A stretch of 64,000 nucleotides of DNA from Blastocystis sp. Blastoise. Lineage: Eukaryota > Protista > Bigyra: Opalinata. Below are positions 15,601-52,594 of this stretch, in pieces. A program made the position numbers and the translations under genes. The DNA is taken from contig JBBPEB010000026.1 in assembly GCA_039096225.1 (NCBI GenBank), forward strand, positions 620,001 through 684,000, in the 5' to 3' direction. The notes under the pieces were generated by a model, which did not search any database, was not told where the DNA came from, and worked only from the letters and a program-made list of their open reading frames with translations. Each line of letters starts with the position of its first letter. Positions within the stretch are counted from its first letter, which is position 1.

Positions 15601-16618
15601 TAGAATTATTTGAAGAAAGAATAAAATTAGATGAATTAAAAATAGAATTCTTTATATAGGAATTAATAGAATTGTTAGTGTTTTTTGAAATATATACAGG
15701 AGATACAAGAATATTAAGAGAAGAATTTATAGAATAAGATTGTATAGTATCTAGGATAGATTGATTTGATAATATTATATAGAGAGGAAGAGAAAGAGTG
15801 GAAGAAGATGTTGAGAGAACATAATTATGTATTGAACATTGAAAGCTATAGTTTATATTTAAAGAAGAAGAAGAAGAAGAAGAAATAAAACTACATATTG
15901 AATTATCGATAATTAGAGAGAATGAAGTATATGAATTCAAGATAGAAAAAAACAAAGTTAGATTGATTGATGATACATGATAATTATAAGGTATAATTAT
16001 TGATGTTTTAAAAATGGAATCTTTTTGTATATTTATGAAAGAAATATTCATGTCATTTATTATAGGATTTATTGAACTTTTATATAGTTCTAAAGATTCA
16101 TAAACAAGGAAATGTGCTATAGAAATATATAATCATTATAGAGTACAATAATTATTTTATTCTATATATATATATACGATAAAAGAAAACATCATTTTCA
16201 AATAAAACTTGACTAGTAATATTTGATATTAGATGTTTTTGTGAAAAAATTTCAATGTAAAAAACTGAATCATTAAGAGATCTATAAAATATCAATTGAT
16301 TAATTAGCATAAATATATATTTACTTACTGTTTTTCAAGGCTTAAAATATAATACAAAGACTCAAGATTGAATGAAAATGTTTTTTCAGTGATGTTCTCG
16401 TTCTCAAATGGATAGATATGAATGCTGCCATTTCCAACTGCTTTTGCTAGATCAACGGAATCAAGAAAACTACCAGATAACAATACAAAATGGAAAGACG
16501 TAAAATTTTTATCATAAGAGATACAGTAAACTACTTGTACTAAATACATAATAAAATGTGAAAATAGTAGCATACAGTGAATAAGTAAGAAAGCAAATAA
16601 AACAAATAGTTTCATCAT
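9659..16618 (-). CDS. Large type I membrane surface protein (>2200 aa) with putative Ig repeats, discoidin-like domains and Cys/Trp HRM-like repeats
   Basis: The 2130-aa ORF extends upstream through three small GT-AG introns to MMKLFVLFAFLLIH (signal peptide) at 16618. Contains LPSGLKLNTKHGIIEGKPT-type repeats and CxxDDWPxTExG...LPC...G.R.R.C...W repeats. TM YYFIIIPSIVLALLCISSILLV lies near the C-terminus. Confidence 0.82.
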
Positions 16619-16917
16619 TAATAAAGACGGGTTAATAAAATTAGTAAATATTTCTTCTTTTGTTAATGAATAGAGAATAACAGAATCCTTTTTGAGTCAC
16701 TGACACCTATTCTAGATGAAATAAAACATAGAATGAAAACAAAAGAACTCAAATTTCACGAGTGAATCATATGTTGAAAAAGTCTTTTTGACCAAGGAAA
16801 GAAATCTTTGTTAATAGGGTTTTTCTCGAATACCGAGTTTTTTCTTCTTTTCTTTTTTCAGTTGTGTTTTTGTTATAAATATATATATATATTTTATTAG
16901 CTATACAATATAAAAGA

Positions 16918-21639
<4,722 letters not shown>

Positions 21640-22044
21640 ACAATTTAAAATCATCATATATATTTATTTAAGCCTTCTAAAATATATACATATATATATT
21701 TTCTTGTTTAAAACTATATAAATCCAATTGATTTCTTTATTATTTTGTTTTTTGTTTATTTCCTTAAACTCATATATATATCCTTTCTCTACATGCTATA
21801 CATTCAGGTATCCACATTAAAGTCATATCCACGTATTTCTTCACATAATTAATCCTTTTTATATATTTAAAAATAAAAATATATATATATTCATGATTTT
21901 TATGCAAAGAATCGGTTTTAAAATGAAATTATTCACAAAACTAACTTCATTTTCATTTTGTTTCGTTTCTCCTTTTAAAAAATGATCTATTGATTATAGA
22001 AAGCAAAAACTCTATATATATATACTCTGTTATGAACCTTGTTA

Positions 22045-23704
22045 ATGAATCACTTTGATATTCAAATAAATCAATCTCAACATTCCAGCAAAACTACGTC
22101 AAATGATGCTTCACCGACTCCAGATAAATCAAATGACCATGTAGTTATCGAATCGGATAAGAAAAAACATAATTCAATGATATCCAAGTTGAATAATTTC
22201 TTTTATGGCTATTCTGTTAGTATCATTCCTATTATAACAAAAATTCATGAAACTATATATGAAGTATATATTTATCTTCTTCTTGTATATTTTGATAAAG
22301 TCTGAAGATGACTGGATTACATCGTTACTATCATCATCAATTTTTGTTGGCAGTCTAGCTGGTCTAATTATATTCGGTATACTTGGAGATCGTCTTGGCA
22401 GAGCAAAAGGAATCAGAATATGTATGGTTATCAATCTTATAGGTATATTAGGAAGGTATATATTGTTTTTGATATATATATATATATTAGCACATTTTCC
22501 TTTTCCGTCTTCTCTCTTTCTGTTCCTGAAATGTTTATAATATTCCGAATAATCACGGGAATAGGAAATGGAGGAATGATACCTCTTACTATAGTATTAT
22601 CCTCTGAAAGTGAGCAAAAAGATAAGAAGAAAACTGGAGTTATTTTAGGGTTATTACAATCTTTTGGATGGGTATATATATACATAATAGTAATAATATT
22701 ATTAATAAATGTAAATAATAATAAATTTAATAATAATATTTATTATTATATATTATTATATATTATTATTATTCATCTGTAGTATTTTTTAAAGTTTTCT
22801 TAATATATATATATTAATATATATATATATATATATATAGTTACTTGGTCCAGTTTGTTTATACATTTATTTCCTTTTTTTTTCCTCTTCTTCTTTTACT
22901 TTATATAATTATCTCTGGAGAATAGTTATATGTATATATATATTATTAAAGCAATACAGATTACACAATATATTATTCATTATATATAGTTATACCTATT
23001 ATCGCTCCTCTATATACATTATGGTCACCAATTTATGAAACTCATATAAACACTAATAAATCAAATATAAATGATGTATATACATAAATTATTTATTATT
23101 TATCTTTTATATTAATATTTACATATAGTATATTTCTTTGCACATATGTAAATAGTTTATTATTTATATTTTATATTAATATATATATAGTATATTTCTT
23201 CTGTATTCCAATATAAATATTTAGTTCTATTAATAGGTACAGGAGGTGTGTATCTTTTATATGATATTATTGTATATATATATATTATGAATAATATCAT
23301 ATATATATATTAAATATGATTATTATATAAGTATTAATAAAAATTATATATATATATAGTCTTATGGAATGACAATGATATCTCCATATATATTATCGCA
23401 AGTAATTAATCTTGAAAATACTCCAAAAGACACAGCATTTTCTATAATAATCTCGGGAATTTTCGGTACTGTAGGTCAATTATTATCATTTCAAATGATT
23501 AAACGTTTTTCTCTTCGAATTATTCTCTTACAGGTATATTTATATATATATTGCTATTATATTTATATACTAGTTTACTATAATGAATATATATTAATAT
23601 ATCTTCATATATATATATAGAGTTTTATTATAAATTCTACCTTATTCTATGGAACTTCTTATTTTATTAATACTTCTGTTAATCCATTATTTCTATTATT
23701 CATG

Positions 23705-23763
<59 letters not shown>

Positions 23764-24297
23764 CCATAGTACAAAAAACATTATATATATATAGTTATTA
23801 TATGACATTTTTCATAACAAATTATGGTCCAGGAACGGTAACAATATTATTACCTCCGTTACTATATCCATCTTCTATTCGAACCACATATTATGCGTTT
23901 TCCGCGGGAATGGGAAAGATTGGAGCTATTATTGGATCTGGATTAAGTATTAATATTCTGACACATTATGGAATTAATAATGTATGTAAATATATAGATT
24001 CAATTTTTTTTTAGTTTTTCTTATTTATTGTATAGAATAATTGGTTATCTTAATATTACTCTTATTTTCATATATATATATATTTTATAGTTATTATACT
24101 TATGTACAATTATAAGTATACTTGGTTATTTAACAACTATATTTTTTATTCCTCGTGAAACTGAAACTGAAAATGAAACAAAAAACACATCTACAAACGT
24201 AAATCAAAAAGAATTAGAACGAATTCTATTTATTTGTCAACAAGAAGCAAAAAACATGGAATTAAAAATGAAGAAAATGATCAAAGAAACTGTATAA
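22045..24297 (+). CDS. MFS transporter, PHS/Pho84-like phosphate:H+ symporter family
   Basis: MFS motif A FGILGDRLGR and FRIITGIGNGG. LIGTGGVYLLYDII and FFITNYGPGTVTILLPPLLYPSSIRTTYYAFSAGMGKIGAII parallel the PHS-family signatures. The start codon is tentative. Confidence 0.82.
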
Positions 24298-24922
24298 TTT
24301 TTTATACATTATATTTTTTTAAATATTTCTTAAATATATTTATATTTTTTATGTTTATCATATTATATCATTTCGTAGAAATAATTTGTGCAAACGTGTC
24401 TATCTGAAATAGAGTTTTGCGTTGCTCTTTTTAATAAAAACATTTAATAATAGACAAAAATCGTTTTATTTTTATTTATTTGCGAACTCAATTTTTTAGA
24501 CTTGTTTGTATGATAAATTTCTAGAATTATTCTAATAAATATTAAAAAACACTTTGTTCAAACATATAGTCTAATGCTATTACATAATCCATAAGAACGT
24601 AAATAATATGCATGCTATTTATATGGATAAAATATGTAAGTTAACATACTCCATTAAAATAAATTCTAAAATATTTTGTAAAAGTCAGTCAAAAGTAATA
24701 TAAATATATGTATCATGATTCATATATATTAAAAAACACAAAATCTTAAGTATGAATAGCATTTTAATAACGTATTCCATAATAAAAATTAAAAAACAAG
24801 GAAAGATTTTTTTGTATCTATTTGTATTATCAATCGTGAATTTTAAGAATTCATTATAAACAAATGTAATATTCTATTATAATCTATTGATACCTATATC
24901 ATTATTATACTTTTAGTTTCAT

Positions 24923-29399
<4,477 letters not shown>

Positions 29400-29882
29400 A
29401 ACATTAATTCTTTTTTATCTAATCATATATTTCCAAATTCATTATTTACTATTATTAATTTTTAATAATATTTTTTATAGTGTAGAACAATTCTTTATAT
29501 CATTTATTATTTTTATATATATTTTTTAATATTAATATATCATTTTTTATATAAGAATTTCATGTATATAATAGCATTATTTGCTTTTTCAACATATCTT
29601 GTGGATTTTCTAAAATTACATCATTCATTTGCATATTTTAGTTATCATGCTATTTATGTTTTTCAACTCATCATTATGTGACAAATAATAAGGAATTATA
29701 AACAAAAACAAACAAATTAATTAAAAATGAAAATTCAACGATGAGAAACACGATTTTTCTTGAATTCCTTGCTAAAACAATTGGATAAACATGGAAAATT
29801 AATTTTTTTAAACTAATTTTCTTTTCTCCTCTTTATTCTGATAAAAGGATCTATTCGATATTAATTATCAATTTGAATCAGG

Positions 29883-30488
29883 ATGCAGGCAAAAGGGAAA
29901 AAAGGGAAAAACGATAAGAACACAAAATCACTCTTATTATTCATTCCACCTGTTTGGAAAGTATTTTATAGTAATGAAAAATAAATTACAACATTTATAT
30001 AGCCACGTAAATGGGTCAAGAAATCTGTTCAGCGCGGATTATTTACAGTTTCAAAGTGGGTACCTGAAACTCAACAAGAACCTACAGAGATCTCTCAAAC
30101 TATATATAATCAAGCTCTTGTGAAACAGAAAGAATATGACTCGCAATTAAAACTAAGGTAATTCAATATATTTTCTTTTTTGTGTCATCTGTGCGAGTGA
30201 ATTGTTATTTTTATGTATAGTAAGAGGATTACGAAAAATCCTAAGGTGATAAGAACATCATTACGTGTTAAGGAGTCACGAAATGGGAATAATGACGATG
30301 TTTCTGTAGTTACAAGTAGTATTCGTGATGATGAATATGACAATGAGACCTCTACAGTTGCAGACACAAATTATTCGGATAATCAGTCATCTCGTTACGA
30401 CGTTGATTATGATTCAGTTTCACTTATGCCTTCTGAAGATGATAATGAAACTTCTATTTCTGGAATAAGTCCTTCTGTTGATTTTTAG
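29883..30488 (+). CDS. Small protein with a BCL7-like N-terminal motif and an acidic Ser-rich tail
   Basis: Exons 29883-29960, 30003-30157 and 30221-30488 are in frame. PRKWVKKSVQRGLFTVSKWVP resembles the BCL7 motif VRKWEKKWV...LRIYKWVP. Confidence 0.6.
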
Positions 30489-30826
30489 TCTTCTTGTGTT
30501 GCTACTGAAAGCTATAAACGAATTTTATGAGCTTGTTTTTTCTTGTGATATATATAATATAGTCTGTATATGAAATGATATATGTATATTTTTACTTTTT
30601 TTCCTTTTTCATTTATTTGTGGGTACTTATTTTTAATTCTTTTTATTTTTTAATATTTTTAATGTATCTGTATTTTTTTAAATATAATATATATATTTGT
30701 TTTTATATATATAAAAAAAAATTAAATTTTGAAAATAATAATAGCAAAAAATATCAATGAAATATTAAAAATAATTATCAAATAACTGTTTAAAAGACTA
30801 AAGAAAAGATTAGATATATAAAAAAC

Positions 30827-32226
30827 TTATGATAATGAAGAGAAGATGATAATTGGTCTGATATTATCTGTTTTTAAAGCTTCATTAAGAGAAGTTTGTA
30901 ATGTTGAATTATAAGGATTATCTATATAATATTCATAAAATATATATAATAAGAATACATATATATTTATATATATATATAATAGTCATAATATATATAT
31001 AATAAGAATACATATTATTTATAATAAGAATACATATATATATTATAAATAAGAATACATATATAATAATTACCTTCAATTGTGAAATATTTAAGATTTG
31101 GTAAGATAGTAGTATTTTGAAATAATGAAATAAATAGATTTACAGTAGCATCTGTTATATTACAATCTAGAGAGAATAAAACAAAATATAATTAAAATAA
31201 TAATATTTAATATAAAATATTAATATTAATATATATGAATACTTAAACAGTCAAAAGAAGTAAGGTTTGAAGAGAAAGTAGATTGAAAATAAGTAGATAA
31301 TGAAGAAATACCTTCATAACCAAGGGAATTCCCTAATTATATATATAGATTATGTTATATACAATTTGAAGTATAACATTATTTTAAATAAATTAAGAAT
31401 ATGTTTTAAATAGATCATAAATATACATGAGAAACTAAGTTTAGATAAAGATATTTTATGAAAAATTAATGTATTTACAAAATTAGGAATACTCTTTGAA
31501 GTGATACCATTATCTATATAAATACATTTATATTGTATTAATTGTTAAAAAAAATATTTAAGAATTTATAATATCATTTCATATATATAATACTCATAAA
31601 GAAAATAGTATCTAAATAAGGTAGTTTAGAGTCAGATAATAAAGGAATAAACGACAAAAATCCATCATCACCAATTGGATTATCTATAATGAAAATATAT
31701 ATATTAGTATATAATATCAATAAAATAGATTTTTATTATGTATTTTAATTATGAAAAAAAATATCAACATATAGTACATATTGCATATTTATATATCTAA
31801 TAAAAATGATTTACCAATAAAGTTAATATAATTTAGATTTGAAATAGGATTACTATATAAGCAAGAAGAAATCTGCTTCATACCTTCTACATCTATATCA
31901 TAATATTGAAATAAAATCATTTGTGTATGTTCAAAATAGTTTCTTGATAAAGCACCACAAAAAGAATAGGGCGACTCATACCATTCCGTATATGATGGTG
32001 CACGTAATGAGTACAAATACACAATATACCAAATTCCACTTATGATAACAGCTATGAGACATACAGAAAGAAGACTCCATAAAGCAATTCTCACAGATTT
32101 AGAGCAATGTGGACATGATCTCCTTACTTCCATTTCTTCTGAGGCTCGCTCGCTATTTTGTTCATTTGAATCATCTTGTTGATCTATATCGATAGTTTCT
32201 ACTTGTTTCGTTTCAGGTATCTGCAT
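30827..32226 (-). CDS. Signal-anchored RNI-like leucine-rich-repeat protein
   Basis: TM helix IALWSLLSVCLIAVIISGIWYIVYLY, then short exons each encoding one LRR (DNPIGDDGF, DNGITSKSI, GNSLGYEGI, DCNITDATV). Ends ...IIFSSLS*. Confidence 0.78.
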
Positions 32227-34339
32227 ATAATAATTTGAAGATAATATAAACCAATAAGAAAGTCAGAATCACACAAAAATCTGTGTTGTCTGTTCTTTTT
32301 CTAAAAGAAAATGTAAGAACTGGACACATGTATTGTTTTTACTTGTAGAATAGGGTATAATTCATTAAGATTCTGTGATTTACTTGAAATACTCTGCTTT
32401 TATATAGACACTATACTTGTGTATCGCAGAGAAGTCGTATTTAGTGTTGTTGATCAATATTTTTCATTTAATTATATAATCTGAAGCGAATCATAAAAAT
32501 ATTCAAATCAGGATAAGTAATGAATTTTGAGTAGAATAAAGGATGAAAATTTAAATCAATATGTAATTATTTTTCAATAAAACAAATAATTGGCATCTAA
32601 TCTTATCACTTCATGACTATTTTTGTATATAATTTTGTTTGTAGTATTTGTGAATAATTTTCATTCAATTTTAAAAGAAGATGTAAAATAATTTTAATCA
32701 AAAATTGTTCAGATGAATCCAAGATTGATCTAATGAACATAATAAGATATGTTGAATAATAAACAGCTAAGTTATAAATGAACAAATAGTTTTTAAAGTT
32801 TATTTATTTTTACAAAAAAAAATGAATGACTTTTTCAATACATTTCCTCCATTATACTTTGATTTAAAAGTTATAAATAAAAATAAAATATATTATATAG
32901 AATTCTTCTTTAAATAAATAAATATATCTTTTGTATTTAAAAAAATGTTTTGTCATGAATCCTTTTATATGATTAATATCTTCTTATGCAACAAATCACA
33001 TAATACATGAAATTGTATACTTTTACAATCATTCTATAACGATATTCAAAACTATTTTCGAATAAAAGAATTATTTATTGTTAAAATGTACTGTTTTTCA
33101 GTTTGAATCTTATCAATGCGTATATGACATATATTCTATATAAAAATATATAACTAAGAATTTATTCTAACTTTTCATATTGATAAAAAAACTGTGTTCA
33201 TCGAAACGACAGTCACAATGGGTTCTTTCATAATATACGATTTATATGAACAATCTAAACTATATATCTTTATCTTATAATTCTATAAAGAACAGATTAA
33301 ATAATTTTTAGTGATGTTTAGCTTTAAAAAAAGTGTTCACACAATGAACAAAGCAAAAAAAGTTTCATTTTTCTTTTGTTACATGAGTAGAATAAATAAA
33401 GAAAGAGTTCATGTCAAGAACTGGAAGAAGGTGAAGAAATAGTTTCAACAGACAAAAAGCTAAAAGAAGGGAAAAGATATTAGTTTCTCTCCTTTATGAG
33501 AAGCTCTTAGTCATCAAGATTTTTTTAATCTCAATAAGAAGATTCATGAAAAAAATTATTTGTGCCTTTTTTAATTGTTTTTAGTGTGTTTTTAAATATT
33601 TAACTTGAGAAATAGGTATAAATACTTAGATGTATAATGATTATGACTTAACATAAGTATATTAAGTATATGAAAGTGAGTAGACCAAAAAGGAACACCA
33701 TTTGTTATAATAAATACAATCTGAGTTCTTGAGAAATATTCAACTATAAAAAAATTGAATTATAACTTTCTTGAGATTGTTATTAAAAGTGAGTATACTT
33801 AATTATTATATGAATCACACATTAAAAATAGAATAAACTTGTAAAAAAACTTTTAAAAATAATATATATATTATTGAATATATTATATAATATATTTTAA
33901 GGAATAAAGAAGACGTAGGATGTATTGATTACTTATTTAGAAACACGTCAGTGAAGGTGTAAAAAAGATGTCTTTTTTTAATTCTGGAAACCAAGTAGAG
34001 AAAAAGGTGAGATTCCCATAAAACAAAGGAGAAGTTCTTCTAGAAGTAAAGAAAGATTTTGATGATTCGCTAGTTGTCATTTGATGCTTCGTATGTCAGA
34101 AATAGAATTTCTCTGTTTAATTGGAGAAATAGAGGTGACGAAGTATTTCTCTTCTGTGTCATCAAACATATTTCTGAAGATTATAGAAAAAAGGATAGAC
34201 TTTCTTGAAGAGACGACAGACATGACAAGTCATAGGAAGAGAAAGCGTCAAGTCGATTAGAGTTATTTTATTGGTTTCTGTTTGAGAAGTGTCATCTTTA
34301 TCTTTTAAAGCAAGTTCTCAAGTTTGTTTTATTTATTAA

Positions 34340-35416
<1,077 letters not shown>

Positions 35417-35680
35417 ATATATTAGTATTGTCTTTTGCTGCTTTTATATATATTACTTGTAATATAGCCATTTTGAAATTCATTTTCTTTTTGTTTTGTT
35501 ATAAAAATTTAATATAAACTATTGATTCAATAATAATATGTATATTTGAGTTTTATTTTATGTATATGAAACAAAATATATTTTTATTGTTTAAATATTT
35601 GACATCGATAGATATAATAAAAACAAATATATAATAACTTGTACTTTATCGAATTAATAATAGAATTAAGTGCATAGTTT

Positions 35681-40268
<4,588 letters not shown>

Positions 40269-40997
40269 ATTTGAATATAGTAAATAAATTAATGAATAAT
40301 ATATTCAGTTATTCCCAAAGACGTAAGTAACTTCTTAAAATAAAAAAGTAAAAAAAAAAAGGAAAGAATGGATGAAATGACCTGAAAATCGATGTTTCAG
40401 ACTGACACTTTGTAACGCATCATTATGCATCATTTTCTAAAAGGAACAATAATGATTTTTTTTGGATATTATTCTATTCAAAATATCTTGATTGAATTAA
40501 AGAGTAGTAAGGTTTATTTGACTATTTTAACTGCAAAAAATATACTGGTTTTATTTGCGAATAGAGTCTTAATTCAGTTTTTGAGCTTTTTATGTTGTTA
40601 ATGTGTTTTGATTATTTGGTTTTTATTTTGTTTTGATAATATCAGTAATATATTGCAGACATCCAATAGATTGTATCGACAAAAGTTGCGAATAAACATA
40701 GAATGGTAAGACTGAAAAAATGTGTGTAATTTCCACTTGAAAAATGTTTATTACTATATATATATAAAATAATATATCCATATTTTTAAATATAAATTAT
40801 CTAGTTGTGAATCTATAATTGGTATGAAAATGATATTATGAAGTAGTGTTTTATTGAATAAAGTCATTTATTACAAATATAAATATACATAATTAGTTAT
40901 TAAAAGTATTTGAAAAATATAATTATGAATGAGTTTAAATAACAGTATAACATAAATATTCATTTTAAACAGCACATACTTTATACATAAAAACTAT

Positions 40998-41459
40998 TTA
41001 GATAGTAAATTTAATATCAGGATAATCATGTATAAGTGTATTAATTGATTCTTGAGTATCAATATCTCTATTATTTTCTATATATATAATTATTATATTA
41101 TATATTATTGTAGATTTCTATAATTTTCTATATATATACTTGATAAGTTTATTGTTTCCATGTGAAATTGAGGTAATTCTAATAGGTTACGAATACATTC
41201 TATTCCTTTCTTTCCTACTTCATTACCTATATATAATATATATATGTATATATGTATATATATATAGTATATATAGAGTATAGTATATTAAAAGAATATA
41301 TATAGTATAGTATATTAAAAAAATATAGTATAGAATACAGTTAAGATTTAAAATATATATAATATATATACATGATATATTTAGATGTTTAAACGTAGTA
41401 ATGTTATTATTAATAATCGCGGTTATTAATAATTCTACTCCTTGATCACTAATCCAATC

Positions 41460-41517
<58 letters not shown>

Positions 41518-42274
41518 AACAAAGGATAATGATTCTAAGCATTTAAACGATTTTTTATTGAATGATTCACACAATACTTGTATACCTTCTACTTCAATTT
41601 CATTATCTATATATATATTATAGTTATTATCATATACTAATTATTATTATTATATACATGATAAATCTAGCGATCTTAAAACTGGTATACACTTATAATC
41701 AATAGAAATACATAATGATCTGATTCCCGTGGGAGAAATATTATTATCTATATATACATATATTATGGAATATAATATAATATATATATAAATAGGTTTA
41801 ATAAAGAGTTATTCCATAAATATACATGATAAATCTAATATTTGTAAAGAAGGGCAAAGATTTTGAGAGAAATATAATGATATTTGTTCTAAACCTCTAT
41901 CTCCAAATTGATTATCTATATATATATATGAATAGTATATAATAATTACTGAATATATATATTATATATTAATAGTATATATTCTAGTATTATTGGTATA
42001 TATAATATATGAATAGCAATAAAATAATAATCACTTAACATATAATATATGAATATTATATAATAGTATTTCTATTCTATACCTCTTAATAATAATGTAT
42101 GTAGTTGTGAACAAGGGTTATTTGTAAATACTGAAAATAACTGAGAAATACCAACATCATACAGCCAATTATTACTAAAAGAAAAAGTTTTTAAATTCTT
42201 AAAACATCCCGAATCAGCAAGTACTGAAAATGCCTGAATTGATTCTGATGTTAATGCATTTCCTATATAGATAA

Positions 42275-42309
<35 letters not shown>

Positions 42310-43203
42310 TAATATATAAACATATAATAATAATAATAAACACAATAATAAACATAAAATAAACATATAATAATAATAAACAAATAATAATAATAAACAT
42401 AATAATAATAAATATATACCACTTAAATTAAGTGTTTCTAACTGTTGTATCCAGTCTCCTTGTGTTTTCTTACAGAATTCGATTAGAAACTCATCTCCAA
42501 ATCCATTATGAGACAAATCAATTCCCGTGAGAAATTGACCTTTTTGACTGAGAAAATGAACAAGATCAGGCAAATAATCCACAGAAAAACGACACTCTAT
42601 ATATATTTTATATTATATAAGCATATAAAATAATTAATCATAAAATACCATTAATACACAACTGTTGAACATTAGTCAATGGATATTGGACAAATTCATC
42701 AACAAATGACTTGAATTGCTCTTTTGTAAACTCTTTTTCTATAGACAATTATCACTACTATTCAATCTATTACTCATACTTGAGAATTGATAGATTAAAT
42801 GATCATCAAAGTATATATTCTTCGGTATGACTAACTGATCTTCTTGATTTATATATACTTTTAATCCCATTTTCATATATTTGATGAAAAAGAGAAATAA
42901 TGGTTTCATAGATTTCATTGTTTTGAATACACTTGGCTTATTCAATTGAATTTGATTCATTTCCTCATATAATTCCTTTGCTTCCTGATATGAAAAATCC
43001 GAAACATCCATATTATCATCAATAAGTATCTTCATGATTGTAGACTCATATTTTAATGACAGATCAAGTAAAATTGGACCAACATTTTCGTATGAATTGC
43101 ATTCCATCCATTTCATTGTTAGTAAACAATCCTTATTTTTATTCAAAGACTCTTCGGATACATTGTATACATTCTTCGAAGAATTAAATTGAAAACAAAC
43201 CAT
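40998..43203 (-). CDS. RNI-like leucine-rich-repeat protein (start codon tentative)
   Basis: LTGIDLSHNGFGDE, LETLNLSGNALT, FSFSNNWLYDVG and DNEIEVEG repeats, mostly one or two per exon with phase-1 introns. Ends PDIKFTI*. Confidence 0.78.
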
Positions 43204-44078
43204 TTTTATTTATAGGAAAACAATAGAATAAGTTTTCCTATAAATACCATAAAAACATTCTTCAAACAATCATTTTATTTTTATCATCCAAGAATTTAGG
43301 TACTATACTAGTTACAAAAAACGAAAGATATTTCTATAATATCCCAAATTGATTGGAATTTATAGAAAAAACGATGAATTCTTGATATCCATTTCTCCTT
43401 TGCATGCCTTATACTATCATTGACATTTTATGTAAACTTAACTTAAGTTTCATATATGAAAACATAACAAATGAGCCCAATTTTTAAGTGTTTCAAAATA
43501 AACGTTTTCTGGTCCATTCAGTTTAATTTGTTATACCTAAAGAATAGATAACAATACAAAACACTCTATTAAAGGAAACAAACTGTATACATCAGTAAAA
43601 ATAATGTGTTTACAACAAGTTTTCGCTCTTGTATTTTTTTAATTTCTAATCGAACATATAGTTTAACGAATAAATAAAAATGACTGGTTGATGTCGAAAA
43701 ACAACCAGTATTTTCCATTATTCTTAAGAATCCGTTTTTGTATTGGATAATTCGTATTTGGAAACACATAGAACCTATCGTGAGTCATGTTAAAATGCAT
43801 TACGGGAATTTTGTTTGTTTAACTTCACAAATGAAAATAAATACATGAAATCGTAGAAGTTCTTCACGTTATCATCGGAATCATGAAAATATCTTAACAG
43901 CTTGTTTCGAAAAATATGAAAATTTATATTTCTCTCAGTATTATTTGATTATTCTCATGATTATTAAAAGAATCTCCTTTTTGACACCAGGGTGGCTTGA
44001 TTGAGAAGGAAAGTATCTGAAAGTATTTATAATTATATTGTATTCATTATCTATTCAACTTTATTGAAATTAGTTATT

Positions 44079-44273
44079 ATGGGATCCTGTATGTCTTCAG
44101 ATCGTGATGGTTATGCTAAACAATATGCAACTTCTAGAAGCGAACGTAGAGCTTCATCTGTATCGTCTGGGTTACCTATGGCTATGAGACATACACCTCC
44201 AAATGCTATGGCTCATGAACGTACACGAAGCAGATCAGGCAGTGCTCGAAAGAAGAGTTTTCATAACTATTAA
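44079..44273 (+). CDS. 64-aa Arg/Ser-rich microprotein with an N-terminal MGxC acylation motif
   Basis: MGSCMSSDRDG...; the ORF is GC-richer than its flanks, uses typical codons, and sits in an otherwise gene-free gap. Confidence 0.62.
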   Translation: MGSCMSSDRDGYAKQYATSRSERRASSVSSGLPMAMRHTPPNAMAHERTRSRSGSARKKSFHNY

Positions 44274-44919
44274 TGTGCTTTTATAAGCTATGAATTCAAT
44301 GCATTTTATACCCTTGTGAATTTTTAAGGATATATTTTACTGCTGTATTGAATTCACTTTTGTCTTTTACTTATTCATTCTTTCTTTATTTAACTGTTTT
44401 ATTATTATATTTCATATGTTTGATATTTCATATTTCTTTTGAAATTTCTATTCTCTTGTCATCTTCACTTCATGATTTTTTTTTATGTGTATATTAACAT
44501 ATTCATATAGTTATTCTATAAATATATAAATATATGCATATATTAAATTGTAGATTTTTTTACATGTACTATACTTTTGCTTTTGCATTATATTGTTTCT
44601 TTTGTTTTTAATAATCCATATATTATAAATATATATTCTAATTTTTTTGCTATCCATTTTTTTATTGTTTTATATTGTGTATCTTACATAATAATATATG
44701 TATTGTTTCTGTAATAAACATAATCTATATTTAATTGGGTTCTAAATAATATGTTGTTTTGTTATGTATATCTTTTATATTTATAATAATTTGAAATATA
44801 TTATTATGATATATACTAATTATAGGTATAAAAACCTTTTAAGTCAAACGAAAATATCTCCTATTTATTGTAGAAGAGAGAACAGAGAGATAATAACATT
44901 TAAGGACATCAATTTATAG

Positions 44920-44979
<60 letters not shown>

Positions 44980-45018
44980 GAAATGATAAGATAAATAGAT
45001 ATATATAATATATAACAT

Positions 45019-52594
<7,576 letters not shown>

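Noticed and set aside
43204-43770. Extra upstream exons or a separate gene (ORF 43569-43769)
   Set aside because: No recognisable motif, and I could not build a convincing in-frame splice path.
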